A DNA stretch of 64,000 nt from Betaproteobacteria bacterium. Lineage in GTDB: Bacteria > Pseudomonadota > Gammaproteobacteria > Burkholderiales > JAEUOS01. The translations under genes and the position numbers were made by a program. The stretch covers positions 8,344 to 72,343 of the forward strand of contig JAQGMJ010000049.1 in NCBI GenBank assembly GCA_028292405.1, read 5' to 3'. Under the pieces are notes generated by a model that was given only the letters and a program-made list of their open reading frames with translations, was not told where the DNA came from and made no database searches. Below are positions 52,105-61,506 of this stretch, piece by piece (positions within the stretch are counted from its first letter, which is position 1; each line of letters starts with the position of its first letter).

Positions 52105-52575
52105 TCAGTGCTTCAGGGTTTTGACCAGGTTCAGCACCTCGGCGGCGTGCCCCTTCGGGCTGACGCCGTAGAGCGCGTGGCGCACCTTGCCGAGGCGGTC
52201 GATGACGAAGGTGGAGCGCAGCACATGCGGCCGGCCGTTGGGCGTGGCGCCACTGGCCTTGACCACGTCGTAGCTGCGGCAGACCTCGCATTCGGGATCG
52301 GAGAGCAGGCGGATGGAAAGGCCATGGCGGTCGCGGAATTCGGCGTGGCTCATCCAGTCGTCGGGAGAAACACCGAGGATCACGCAATTGAAGCGCTGGA
52401 AGTCTTCTTCGAGGTCGGAGAACTCGATCGCCTCCATGGTGCTGCCGGGGAGGTTGTCCTTGTCGTAGAAATACAGGACGATGGCGCGCTTGCCGCGATA
52501 TTCGGAAGAGTTGACCAGCGCCATGTCGGCGTCCGCCAGGTGGAATTCCGGGGCGGATACTCCGGGGGAGAGCAT
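52105..52575 (-). CDS. Bcp/PrxQ-like peroxiredoxin homolog lacking the peroxidatic Cys
   Basis: APEF, VLYFY.KD..PG, GVSPD, LLSD, RSTFVID; PGS (codon AGC) where PGC is expected. Confidence 0.85.
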   Translation of the reverse strand: MLSPGVSAPEFHLADADMALVNSSEYRGKRAIVLYFYDKDNLPGSTMEAIEFSDLEEDFQRFNCVILGVSPDDWMSHAEFRDRHGLSIRLLSDPECEVCRSYDVVKASGATPNGRPHVLRSTFVIDRLGKVRHALYGVSPKGHAAEVLNLVKTLKH

Positions 52576-52709
52576 ATTTCTACCTCCTGAGCTTTCGGTA
52601 CGACGGGAACTCTCAAGCGACTTGCGAAATTACTTTAACTCCCGTCCTGTTCTTGGCCGTACCGTACCGGCACTGTCTGTCGTGCACACTGTATACCTAT
52701 AATAGACTG

Positions 52710-53858
52710 ATGAAAATAAATTTGCCAAGCGATTTGCACCAGTTGTTGGGCGGACTATCGCCGGACACATTCCTGAAAAAATACTGGCAAAAAAAGCCGC
52801 TGCTGATCCGCCGCGCGGTGCCGGATGTAATGCCGCCGGTGACGCGCGCCGAGCTGTTTGAACTCGCCGGCCGCGAAGAGGCCGAAAGCCGCGTGGTGGC
52901 GCACGAGGGCAGAGCTTGGCGCATGGAGCGCGGCCCCTTCACCAAACGCGCATTGCCGGCGCAGCGCCAGCCGCACCGGACCCTGCTGGTGCAGGGCGTC
53001 AACCTGCATTCCGTGGAGGCGGACGCGCTGATGCGCCGTTTCAACTTCATTCCGCAGTCGCGCCTCGACGACCTGATGATCTCCTGGGCCAGCGACGGCG
53101 GCGGTGTCGGCCCGCATTTCGATTCCTACGATGTTTTCCTGCTGCAGGTGGCGGGCAAGCGGCGCTGGCGCATCTCTTCGCAGCGCGATCTCACGCTGCA
53201 GCCCGGCGTGCCGCTGAAGATATTGAAGAACTTCAAGGCAGAAGAAGAGTACGTGCTGGAACCGGGCGACATGCTCTACCTGCCGCCTTCGGTGGCGCAT
53301 GACGGCGTTGCCGTGGGCGAGTGCATGACCTGCTCGATCGGTTTTCGCGCGCCTTCGGCGGCGGAGCTGACGCGCGGCTTTCTCGAATACATGGCTGAAC
53401 AGGTTCAGGGCAAGGGGCTGTATGCCGACCCGGGGCTGGCGCCCACGCGAGCCTCCGCGCTGCTGGATGACGGTTTCGTGCGGCGCGCGCGAGGTTTGGT
53501 GACGATGCCCAAGCCGGGCACGGACGCTTTCGAGGACTTTCTCGGCCTGTATCTCACTGAGCCCAAACCGAATGTGTTCTTCGATGCACCCGACGAGATG
53601 CTGGCCCCCGCGGCCTTCGCCCACGCGGCGGCACGTCAGGGGGTGCACCTGGATTTGCAAACGCAGATGCTCTATCGCGGGCAGCGCATCTACGTCAACG
53701 GCGAAGGCTTTGCATTGCCCGCCGGGGGTAGCGGTACCAGTGTGCGTGCCCTGGCCGATGCACGCAGCGCCGCGCCCGGCCAACTGGCGGCGGCGGCGGC
53801 GAAAATTCTGCACCCATGGTATGAATACGGCTGGCTTCACTTAGGAGGCAAGCCATGA
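52710..53858 (+). CDS. roxA: JmjC/cupin ribosomal protein uL16 arginine hydroxylase (RoxA/YcfD-like)
   Basis: YWQKKPLLIR, RLDDLMIS, GVGPHFDSYDVFLLQ, GDMLYLPP..AH, SIGFRAP. Confidence 0.88.
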   Translation: MKINLPSDLHQLLGGLSPDTFLKKYWQKKPLLIRRAVPDVMPPVTRAELFELAGREEAESRVVAHEGRAWRMERGPFTKRALPAQRQPHRTLLVQGVNLHSVEADALMRRFNFIPQSRLDDLMISWASDGGGVGPHFDSYDVFLLQVAGKRRWRISSQRDLTLQPGVPLKILKNFKAEEEYVLEPGDMLYLPPSVAHDGVAVGECMTCSIGFRAPSAAELTRGFLEYMAEQVQGKGLYADPGLAPTRASALLDDGFVRRARGLVTMPKPGTDAFEDFLGLYLTEPKPNVFFDAPDEMLAPAAFAHAAARQGVHLDLQTQMLYRGQRIYVNGEGFALPAGGSGTSVRALADARSAAPGQLAAAAAKILHPWYEYGWLHLGGKP

Positions 53859-54445
53859 GTGCGGACAATGATAATTCCGTCGAATACGAAAAATTGCCGG
53901 TAACCGGCCGGCCGGTGCCGGACCCGCCGCCTGCGGTGCCGGGGGCGCCAGCCGAAGCATCGGGTACCGGCATCCGCCGTCTGCTGGCGGCCCGCGCCGA
54001 CTTTCGCAACGGCGTCGACGGCATCCTGAACATGGTCAAGCGCGAGTTGCGGATTTTCGACCGCGACCTCGCCGACTATGGCTTCAACACGCCGGCCACC
54101 GAGGAACTGTTGCGCAAGTTCCTGCTGGCCTCGCGGACCAACCGCCTGCTGATCGTGGTGCACGACACCACTTACATCACGCAGTCCTGTCCGCGCCTGG
54201 TGCGCCTGCTGCAGGACTTCAGCCACGCCGTCCTGATCAACCAGACCGACGAGGCGATCCGCAACCTGGACGACGTGCTGATGGTGGGCGACGACGAGCA
54301 CTATTTGCGCCGGCCGCGCTACGACCAGCCCAAGGGCGTGCTGGTGCTGGGCGACCCGGGCGAGGCGCGCGGCTGGTTGAACCGTTTCGAGGAAATCTGG
54401 GCGCGTTCGGCGCAGGCGGTCAGCGCGACCACCGTCGGACTCTGA
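53855..54445 (+). CDS. Conserved hypothetical protein
   Basis: ATGA overlap with roxA, AGGAGG RBS, host-like codon usage. Confidence 0.75.
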   Translation: MSADNDNSVEYEKLPVTGRPVPDPPPAVPGAPAEASGTGIRRLLAARADFRNGVDGILNMVKRELRIFDRDLADYGFNTPATEELLRKFLLASRTNRLLIVVHDTTYITQSCPRLVRLLQDFSHAVLINQTDEAIRNLDDVLMVGDDEHYLRRPRYDQPKGVLVLGDPGEARGWLNRFEEIWARSAQAVSATTVGL

Positions 54446-54472
54446 GCGCTCGGCGCTGAGGCGCGCGAAGGA

Positions 54473-55021
54473 CTATTTGCCGTCCGGCTTTTTCGGCGCC
54501 GGCGGATTCGCGCGGGACGCGTCAGGGTTGTCGTTCGGGTTGTCGTTCGGGTTGTCGTTACTGGCGCCGGGGTTGCCGGTGATCGGGCCTTCCGGGGCCG
54601 GCGTGAAGATGCCGTCGATATTGTTGAGCACGCGCAGGCGCTGGGTGGTGTTGTTGGCCACATCGCCGTCGTTGTTCAGCCCCAGGGCGGTCATGCGCTG
54701 GCTCAGGGTCATGGTCTGCATACGCTGAGTCATCGACAGGGCACGGCCCGGCAGTGCATCGCCGGGCGAATCCGGCGCCGTGGAGCGCAGGTCCGCTTCC
54801 AATACCCAGATGGTCTGGCCGTTGCCCTGCAGTTCGTAGCGGTGCTGGTTGGCGCCGAGGGAGCGCGCGGCGATCACCTTGAAGCGGGTGCTGTCGGGAA
54901 AGCCGGGCACCGAGCTGTTGAGAAAAACGAATTCACCCGGCGCGAATGCGGGCTGCAAGCCTGCCACGGTCTGCATGCGCCGGGTATTCGAGTTGCCGTC
55001 GCCCTTGTCGCCTTTGTTCAT
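54473..55021 (-). CDS. Hypothetical protein with small beta-barrel-like domain and NDNP repeats
   Basis: Fills the intergenic space on the minus strand with host-like codons. Confidence 0.65.
   Translation of the reverse strand: MNKGDKGDGNSNTRRMQTVAGLQPAFAPGEFVFLNSSVPGFPDSTRFKVIAARSLGANQHRYELQGNGQTIWVLEADLRSTAPDSPGDALPGRALSMTQRMQTMTLSQRMTALGLNNDGDVANNTTQRLRVLNNIDGIFTPAPEGPITGNPGASNDNPNDNPNDNPDASRANPPAPKKPDGK
54525..54559. repeat. 12-bp tandem repeat (gggttgtcgttc)x3
   Basis: Directly visible; encodes NDNP x3 on the minus strand. Confidence 0.85.
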
Positions 55022-55111
55022 GACAAATAGATTACCTGATAAACCGGTTTTCGTCGCGTCCGCGGGGGCTGCTTTCCGGTGATGCGGCTTATTTGCGCGG
55101 CCGTGGCTGTG

Positions 55112-56185
55112 CTATAGCGCGGGCTTGCCCTTGAGGAAATCCATGCGGTTGATCGATTCGACCTTGATCTCGCGCACCTCGGAGCCTTGCAGCACCTTCA
55201 GGGGCACGGCGGCGCCGGCCTGGCCCAGGCCCCACAACTGCTTGTAGAAATCCTCCAGGTTGCTGACGTTCTGGCCCTGGATCGACAGGATGATGTCACC
55301 GGTTTTCAGGCCGGCTTTTTCGGCCGGCCCCTGTTCCTGTACCCGCAGGACAAACAGGCGGCCGTCGACCTCCTGGGTGGAAAGTCCGATCCATGGGCGT
55401 TTGGCGTCGCGGGTTTCGACGTTTTTGGAGAGCTGCGCGAGGATCGGTTTGAGCAGGTTGACCGGCACGAACATGTTGCCCGGCATGCGCCGGTTCGGCA
55501 GCACCGCATCGAGCACCAGCAGCGAACCGATCCCCATCAGCTTGCCCTCGCGGCTGATCAGCGCGGCGCCGGAATGGTCGCTGCGCGGGGGCACGGTGAA
55601 AATGGCGTCGTCAATGAGATATTCCCAGTAGCCGGCGAAGCGGCGCTTGGAGGCGACGGTGGCGACCGAGGCGCTGTCGCGGCCGCCGTAGGTGACGAAG
55701 ATCATGCGGTCGAGCTGACTGGCGCCGGCAGAGTCGCCCAGTTCGACGCCCCTGGGCGAGAGCGGAACCGCCGGGCGGATCAAGCCGAAGCCGGTGGCAT
55801 GGTCGTAGCCGGCGACGCTGCCGTGCACGGTGCGGCCGTGGTTGTCGATGATTTCGATCGAGTCGGCCTCGAGGATCAGGTAGCCGATGGTCAGCACCAG
55901 GCCGGAGTCCTTCAGCACCACGCCGCTGCCCTCGCGCTCGCGCCCCAGGGTGCCGGCCGAGCGCGCTTCGGCGACCGCGCTGATCTTCAGGTGCACCACC
56001 GAGTCGAGCGCATCGAGGATGGTTTGCTCGCTGCGGCCATCGTCAACCGGCTTTTCCGCCAATGCCCGCGGCGTGGCGAGGGAGGTCGGGGCCGCGGCGG
56101 CGAGGGCGCCGCAGGACAGAAGTACGAAAAGGAGGGGAAGACACCGGTGCAGCAGGGATCGGAACATCGCAGCCTCCGCGCGCAT
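55112..56185 (-). CDS. Trypsin-like S1C protease-family protein with PDZ domain
   Basis: GSGVV, LTIGYLI, YDHATGFGL, HSGAAL, RPWIG, GPAEKAGLKTGDII; start may be 56167. Confidence 0.85.
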   Translation of the reverse strand: MRAEAAMFRSLLHRCLPLLFVLLSCGALAAAAPTSLATPRALAEKPVDDGRSEQTILDALDSVVHLKISAVAEARSAGTLGREREGSGVVLKDSGLVLTIGYLILEADSIEIIDNHGRTVHGSVAGYDHATGFGLIRPAVPLSPRGVELGDSAGASQLDRMIFVTYGGRDSASVATVASKRRFAGYWEYLIDDAIFTVPPRSDHSGAALISREGKLMGIGSLLVLDAVLPNRRMPGNMFVPVNLLKPILAQLSKNVETRDAKRPWIGLSTQEVDGRLFVLRVQEQGPAEKAGLKTGDIILSIQGQNVSNLEDFYKQLWGLGQAGAAVPLKVLQGSEVREIKVESINRMDFLKGKPAL

Positions 56186-56292
56186 GCCGGCAACCGCCCG
56201 CGACGCCAGAATAGGCTGTCACGGCGACACGCGACATCTGCGGCCTATGCTACGCCTGCCGGCCCGCGCCGATCAAGGGGCGGCGGCAAAAA

Positions 56293-57090
56293 TCAGGCGA
56301 GGAAGGCTTTCAGCGCATCGAGCACCGCATCGGGCTGTTCGGCCATCAAGGCATGTCCGCTGGATTTCACCAGGATGGTGCGCTGCCCCGGGATGGCCGC
56401 CTGCAGGCCGCGCGCGCCTTTGGGGTGGGCCATCATGTCGGATTCGCCCAGCACCAGCAGGGCAGGGCAGGCCACCTGTTTGGCGCGCTCTTCACCGCGC
56501 GCGTAGGCATTGCAGGCCGTGAAGTCGGCGTGCATTACGCCAGGCTGGATGCGCTGCATCAGGCGCAGGTTGCCGCCGAAGGTGGAAAAGCCCGGGCCCG
56601 GATTGGAAGGCTTGGCGGCGTAGGTCGAGTGCGACCAGATGTTGACCATTTGCTGCGCCAGCGGCTCGTCGTCGTGGGTGGCGTTGAGCAGTTCTTCGGA
56701 GACGCGCATCGGGTTGGCGGTGCTGATGAGGGCGATTTTCGCGACTCGCTGGGGCGCGGCGCCGGCGCATTCCAGCGCGATCAGGGAGCCCATGCTGTGG
56801 CCGATCAAAGCGGCCTTGGCGACGCCGGCCGCGTCCAGCACGGCGAATACCCAGGCGGCGATCTGTTCTACCGAGGCGAGCGCGGGGCCGCCGCTCTTGC
56901 CGTGGCCGGGCAGGTCCAGCGCCAGCACGCCATAGCCATGGTGGGCGAGATAGCGCGACTGCAGGATCCACACGCTGTGGTCGTGCTGGGCGCCGTGGAT
57001 GAATACGACGGTGGGCAGTTCAGGGTTGAAGGTTTTGCCGCCGGTATAGGCGTAGGCGGGCTGGCCGTTGACGGAAAGGCGCATGCTCAT
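56293..57090 (-). CDS. Alpha/beta fold hydrolase
   Basis: FIHG, DLPGHG, GHSMG, GH. Confidence 0.9.
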   Translation of the reverse strand: MSMRLSVNGQPAYAYTGGKTFNPELPTVVFIHGAQHDHSVWILQSRYLAHHGYGVLALDLPGHGKSGGPALASVEQIAAWVFAVLDAAGVAKAALIGHSMGSLIALECAGAAPQRVAKIALISTANPMRVSEELLNATHDDEPLAQQMVNIWSHSTYAAKPSNPGPGFSTFGGNLRLMQRIQPGVMHADFTACNAYARGEERAKQVACPALLVLGESDMMAHPKGARGLQAAIPGQRTILVKSSGHALMAEQPDAVLDALKAFLA

Positions 57091-58385
57091 GCTCCTTTCT
57101 GCGCGGCTTTCAGGCCACGGGTCAGGTCTTCGACCAGGTCGTCCGGATCTTCCAGCCCGACGGAGAGGCGCATGGTGCCCTCTCTGATGCCCGAGGCTTC
57201 GAGCATCTCGGTGGCGACGCGGAAGTGGGTGGTGGAGGCCGGATGGATGACCAGGGAGCGGGCGTCGCCGACGTTGGCCAGGTGGGAGAAGATCTTCAGC
57301 GCTTCGACAAAGCGCCGGCCGGCGGCACGGTCGCCCTTGATGTTGAAGGAGAACACGGCGCCCGATCCCTTCGGCAGCAGGGTTTTGGCGAGTTCGTAGT
57401 CCGGATGTTCGGGCAGTTCGGGGTAAGAGACCGAATCGACCATGGCATTTTTGGTCAGGAATTCGACGATCTTGCGCGCGTTCTCGACATGGCGCGGCAT
57501 CCGCAGGTGCAGGGTTTCGATGCCCTGCAGAATCTGGAAGGCAGTCATCGGGCTCATGGTGGCGCCGAAGTCACGTAACCCTTCGCGCCTTGCACGAAGC
57601 GCAAACGGGGCGACGGTAGATTCCTCGGAAAACACCATGCCGTGAAAGCCGGCGTAGGGCTCGGTCAGTTCGGGAAATTTGCCGGAAGCTTCCCAGTCGA
57701 AGGTACCGCCATCGACCAGCAGGCCGCCGATCACCGTGCCGTGGCCGCAAAGGAACTTGGTGGCGGAGTGGTAGATCAGGTCGGCGCCGTGGTCCAGTGG
57801 CTTCAGCAGGTAGGGTGTGGTGAAGGTGGAATCGACGAACAGGGGTATCTTGTTGTCATGCGCCAGCTGGCCCAGCACCGGCAGGTTGAGCACGTCCAGG
57901 CCGGGGTTGCCGAGAGTCTCGCCGAATAGCACCTTGGTGTTGGGGCGGACGGCGGCGCGCCAGGCGTCGATGTCGCGCGGGTCGACGAAGGTGGTGTCGA
58001 TGCCGAAGCGGCGCATCGTGTAGTCGAGCAGGTTGTGCGAGCCGCCGTAGAGCGCGCGCGAGGCGACCACATGCGAACCGGCGCCGGCGATGGTCGCCAG
58101 CCCCAGGTGCAGGGCGGCCTGGCCGCTGGCGGTGGCGATGCCCGCCACCCCGCCTTCCAGCGCCGCGATGCGTTCTTCCAGCACCGCAGTAGTGGGATTG
58201 GAAATGCGCGAGTAGACGTGGCCGGCGCGTTCCATGTTGAACAGCGCGGCGGCGTGGTCGGAGTCGCGAAAGACGAAAGAGGTGGTGAGGTAGATCGGCG
58301 TTGCGCGGGCGCCGGTTTCGGGGTCCGGCGCGGCGCCGGCGTGCAAGGCCAGGGTGTCGAAACCCGGATACTTGGGAGCGGCCAT
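57087..58385 (-). CDS. metY: O-acetylhomoserine aminocarboxypropyltransferase (sulfhydrylase)
   Basis: YSRISNPT, ASGQAA, LYGG, HSATKF.GHG, HLANVGD..SLVIHPASTTH. Confidence 0.88.
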   Translation of the reverse strand: MAAPKYPGFDTLALHAGAAPDPETGARATPIYLTTSFVFRDSDHAAALFNMERAGHVYSRISNPTTAVLEERIAALEGGVAGIATASGQAALHLGLATIAGAGSHVVASRALYGGSHNLLDYTMRRFGIDTTFVDPRDIDAWRAAVRPNTKVLFGETLGNPGLDVLNLPVLGQLAHDNKIPLFVDSTFTTPYLLKPLDHGADLIYHSATKFLCGHGTVIGGLLVDGGTFDWEASGKFPELTEPYAGFHGMVFSEESTVAPFALRARREGLRDFGATMSPMTAFQILQGIETLHLRMPRHVENARKIVEFLTKNAMVDSVSYPELPEHPDYELAKTLLPKGSGAVFSFNIKGDRAAGRRFVEALKIFSHLANVGDARSLVIHPASTTHFRVATEMLEASGIREGTMRLSVGLEDPDDLVEDLTRGLKAAQKGA

Positions 58386-58540
58386 AGGGGTCTTTATGGG
58401 AGATTTGTCGGGCAGCTTTCGATGGTAGCACGCACTATTCGCGCACCTTATAGATGGAAATGCTTTAGGCGGGACCCGCTTTTGTGCCAAAATTCGCTTG
58501 AAACACCGTTGCTGGCAGGAAAAACCGGAAGAACAGCATC

Positions 58541-59719
58541 ATGGCTCTACCCGTAGCACGCGCGATACTGGAATTGGACCCCAAGGCTGCCGATATCGAC
58601 GAGCGGCTGGAGTCCCTGTTGTCCTCTGATCCGGCCTTTGCCAGCCGTCTGCTTGCAGCGGTAAGCATGCCCGGCTTGAGTTCGCGGCGCGGCGATACCG
58701 AGGTGGCCGATCTGCGCCCCTTGTTCGGCTTGCGCTTCGTGCAGCAGGTGACGGCGGGGCTGTTGCTCGAAGACGCCGGGGTGGACGCTACCGGCGCCGC
58801 CATCCTGTCGGCGATTGCCGCGCATGCGGTGGCCACGCGTGTCCCGTTGCCGAAGAGCGAAGAGGTATTTCTCTCCGCCTGGCTCAACGCCACGCCGGCC
58901 TGGCGCCAGGCGCCCGCCACTTGGGGGCCGACTTCGGCGGTAGCCGCGGCGCTGGACCGCCACGCCAAAATGCCGGTGGGTGCGCAACTGGTGGCCGACC
59001 GGGCCGACCTGATGGGGCAAGCCGTGCGCCTGGGCGAAGGCCTGGCCAATCTGGCTTCGCGTTATCCCGAAAGCGGTGTCTTCGATGCCATGCAGCGGGC
59101 TGCCCGCCTGGGTCTGGCGCCGCGCGACCTGGCAGCGCTGGCTGCCGACATCGCGCGCCATGCCGCCGAATGGAGCCGCCTGCTCGGGCGGGACATTCCG
59201 GTCGAACTGAAACTGGACCTGGACGCGCCGGGCAATACGGCGGCGGTGCGCTTCGCTTCCGAACTGGCCGAGACCTATCGCTATCTGCTGCAAAACGCCG
59301 CCATCGATGCCGAAACCGGCCTGCCGAACGCGCGCTACTTCCGCACCCGCCTGGAAACCGAATGGGCGGCGGCGCGACGCCGCGGCGCCGCGCTGTCGGT
59401 GATCGCGGTGGAGTTCGAGGGCGATGCGGTGAAGACGGCGCGCACCATGCGCGAAACCGCGCGCATGCAGGACGTGGTGTGCCGCACCGGCGAGACGCAA
59501 CTGGTGCTGATCTGCACCGATACGCATGCGGAATTCGCGGAAAAGGCGGCGGCGCGCCTGGAAAAAAGCGCGGCGCAAAACGAATGCAAGGTGTATCTCG
59601 GCGTGGCTACCCTGGATTCGCTGATTTCCAGCGTGGACGATCTGATCGAGCGGGCGCAATCGGCTTCGCACGATGCCCATGTCGGCGGCACCGGCTACAA
59701 GGTCTGGACGGCGGAGTAG
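58541..59719 (+). CDS. HDOD-like plus degenerate GGDEF domain protein
   Basis: SDPAFASRLL HDOD start; DAETGLPNARYF; RMQD...RTGETQL replacing GGDEF. Confidence 0.75.
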   Translation: MALPVARAILELDPKAADIDERLESLLSSDPAFASRLLAAVSMPGLSSRRGDTEVADLRPLFGLRFVQQVTAGLLLEDAGVDATGAAILSAIAAHAVATRVPLPKSEEVFLSAWLNATPAWRQAPATWGPTSAVAAALDRHAKMPVGAQLVADRADLMGQAVRLGEGLANLASRYPESGVFDAMQRAARLGLAPRDLAALAADIARHAAEWSRLLGRDIPVELKLDLDAPGNTAAVRFASELAETYRYLLQNAAIDAETGLPNARYFRTRLETEWAAARRRGAALSVIAVEFEGDAVKTARTMRETARMQDVVCRTGETQLVLICTDTHAEFAEKAAARLEKSAAQNECKVYLGVATLDSLISSVDDLIERAQSASHDAHVGGTGYKVWTAE

Positions 59720-59818
59720 CAGGGAACGCCGGGCGGTGGTGGGATGATGAAGCGGAAAGGGCTGGAGCAGGCCTGATTGTCGGCATCATGGCCGGCCCGA
59801 TTACGAGGAGTTAGCGAC

Positions 59819-60277
59819 ATGCTGGTTAAGGAAATTCTGCGCATCAAGGGCAACACCCTCTACACCGTGACCCCGGCGACCCTGCTGTCCGACGCGGTCA
59901 TCACCTTGTCCGAGCATGATATCGGTTCGGTGCTGGTGATGCAGGGGGGCCGCCTGGCCGGCATGCTGACTTTTCGCGAAGTGATCAACGTACTGGCCAA
60001 GCGCCAGCACGAGCATCGCATCGGCCCGACCCCGACCATGTCGGAGATCAAGGTGGGCGACGTGATGGACCCGTCCCCTGCAAGGGCCGTCCCGGAGATG
60101 GAAGTTGACGAATTGCGCGTGCTGATGCTGCAACGGCATCAGCGCTATGTGCCGGTGATGGAAGGCGAGACCGTGCTCGGCGTGATCTCCTTCCACGATG
60201 TCGCCAAGGCGGTGCTGGAAGAGCAGGCTTTCGAGAACCGCATGCTCAAGGGCTATATCAAGAACTGGCCGGCCTGA
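59819..60277 (+). CDS. CBS domain protein
   Basis: MLVKEILRIKG, IGSVLV, GMLTFRE, GVISFHDV; GAGGAG RBS. Confidence 0.9.
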   Translation: MLVKEILRIKGNTLYTVTPATLLSDAVITLSEHDIGSVLVMQGGRLAGMLTFREVINVLAKRQHEHRIGPTPTMSEIKVGDVMDPSPARAVPEMEVDELRVLMLQRHQRYVPVMEGETVLGVISFHDVAKAVLEEQAFENRMLKGYIKNWPA

Positions 60278-60385
60278 GTCGCGCCGCATACCGGGATGCG
60301 CTACCCCGTGTAGCGCGCGGCGCTACTTCCGCGCCCCGGATTGCCGATGGCGCACGGACACCCCAGGATGCGTGTCAGGAGGTAG

Positions 60386-61408
60386 TTGATGCGCAAAACA
60401 GCAAAGTGGATGTCGGGCCTGGCCCTGCTTGCGGCGGTCGCCGCCGGCGGTGCCGCCTGGATGATCGCCATGCCGGGCAAGGCGGTGCCTGCGCCCTTGC
60501 TGGCTGATGCCGCCGAAGAAGCCACCTTGCAGGCGCAGTTGTTGCGCCATGTCTCGGCCATCGCCGGGGAACGCAACTATCGCCGCCGCGAGGCCCTGGA
60601 GGCCTCCGCCCAATATATCGAAGGGCAATTGCGCGCGCTGGGCTACACCGTGCTGCGCCAGGAAGTGCCGAGCCATACCGGCCCGGTGCGCAATATCGAA
60701 GTGCGTCTGGGCAACACAGCGGGCTCGACCGCGGCGAGCAATGGCACGGTGGTGATTGGCGCCCACTACGACTCGGCCGACGGCACGCCGGCGGCCAACG
60801 ACAATGGTTCGGGTGTGGCCGTTCTGCTGGAACTGGCACGCGCCTACAGCGGGCGGCAGGCGGCGCCGGGCGTGGACGGCGTGCGCCTGGTGTTTTTCGT
60901 CAACGAGGAACCGCCGTATTTCAAGACGGCAATGATGGGCAGCCTGGTCTACGCCGCCGATCTCGCGGCGCGCAAGCAGGAGGTGGCGGCGATGTATGCG
61001 CTGGAGACCATGGGGGCGTTTTACGATGCACCGGGCAGCCAGCACTATCCGCTGCCTGGTCTTGACCTGATTTATCCGGGGCGCGGCAACTTCCTCGCCT
61101 TCATCGGCGATACGGGTGCGCGCGACGCGGTGCGCTCGGCCGTCGGCGCCTTTCGCGAGACCCGCCGCCTGCCTTCCGAGGGCATTGCCGCGCCGGCAGC
61201 GCTGGAAGGCATCGACTGGTCGGACCACTGGAGTTTTCGCCAGCAGGGCTACCCCGGTGTGATGGTCACCGATACCGCGCTGTTTCGCTATGCGCATTAC
61301 CACATGCCGGAAGACACGCCGGAGAAGATCGATTATCCGCGCCTGGCGAAGGCCACCCTCGGCTTGCGCGAGATGTTCGAGCACCTTTACCTGCGGCCGA
61401 AGGCATGA
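60386..61408 (+). CDS. M28 family peptidase
   Basis: IGAHYDS, ANDNGSG, NEE, SDH, YH..EDT. Confidence 0.9.
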   Translation: MMRKTAKWMSGLALLAAVAAGGAAWMIAMPGKAVPAPLLADAAEEATLQAQLLRHVSAIAGERNYRRREALEASAQYIEGQLRALGYTVLRQEVPSHTGPVRNIEVRLGNTAGSTAASNGTVVIGAHYDSADGTPAANDNGSGVAVLLELARAYSGRQAAPGVDGVRLVFFVNEEPPYFKTAMMGSLVYAADLAARKQEVAAMYALETMGAFYDAPGSQHYPLPGLDLIYPGRGNFLAFIGDTGARDAVRSAVGAFRETRRLPSEGIAAPAALEGIDWSDHWSFRQQGYPGVMVTDTALFRYAHYHMPEDTPEKIDYPRLAKATLGLREMFEHLYLRPKA

Positions 61409-61506
61409 GGGCCGTGCCGGAGCAGGGTTTGTGCTACAACTCCGCCCTGAGCAGCGACGCGCCGGGCGAGCCGGTGCGCGTCACCACGACCAAGAACAGA
61501 GCAGCC

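Noticed and set aside
52105-52575. Selenocysteine peroxiredoxin
   Set aside because: The active-site codon is AGC (Ser), not TGA.
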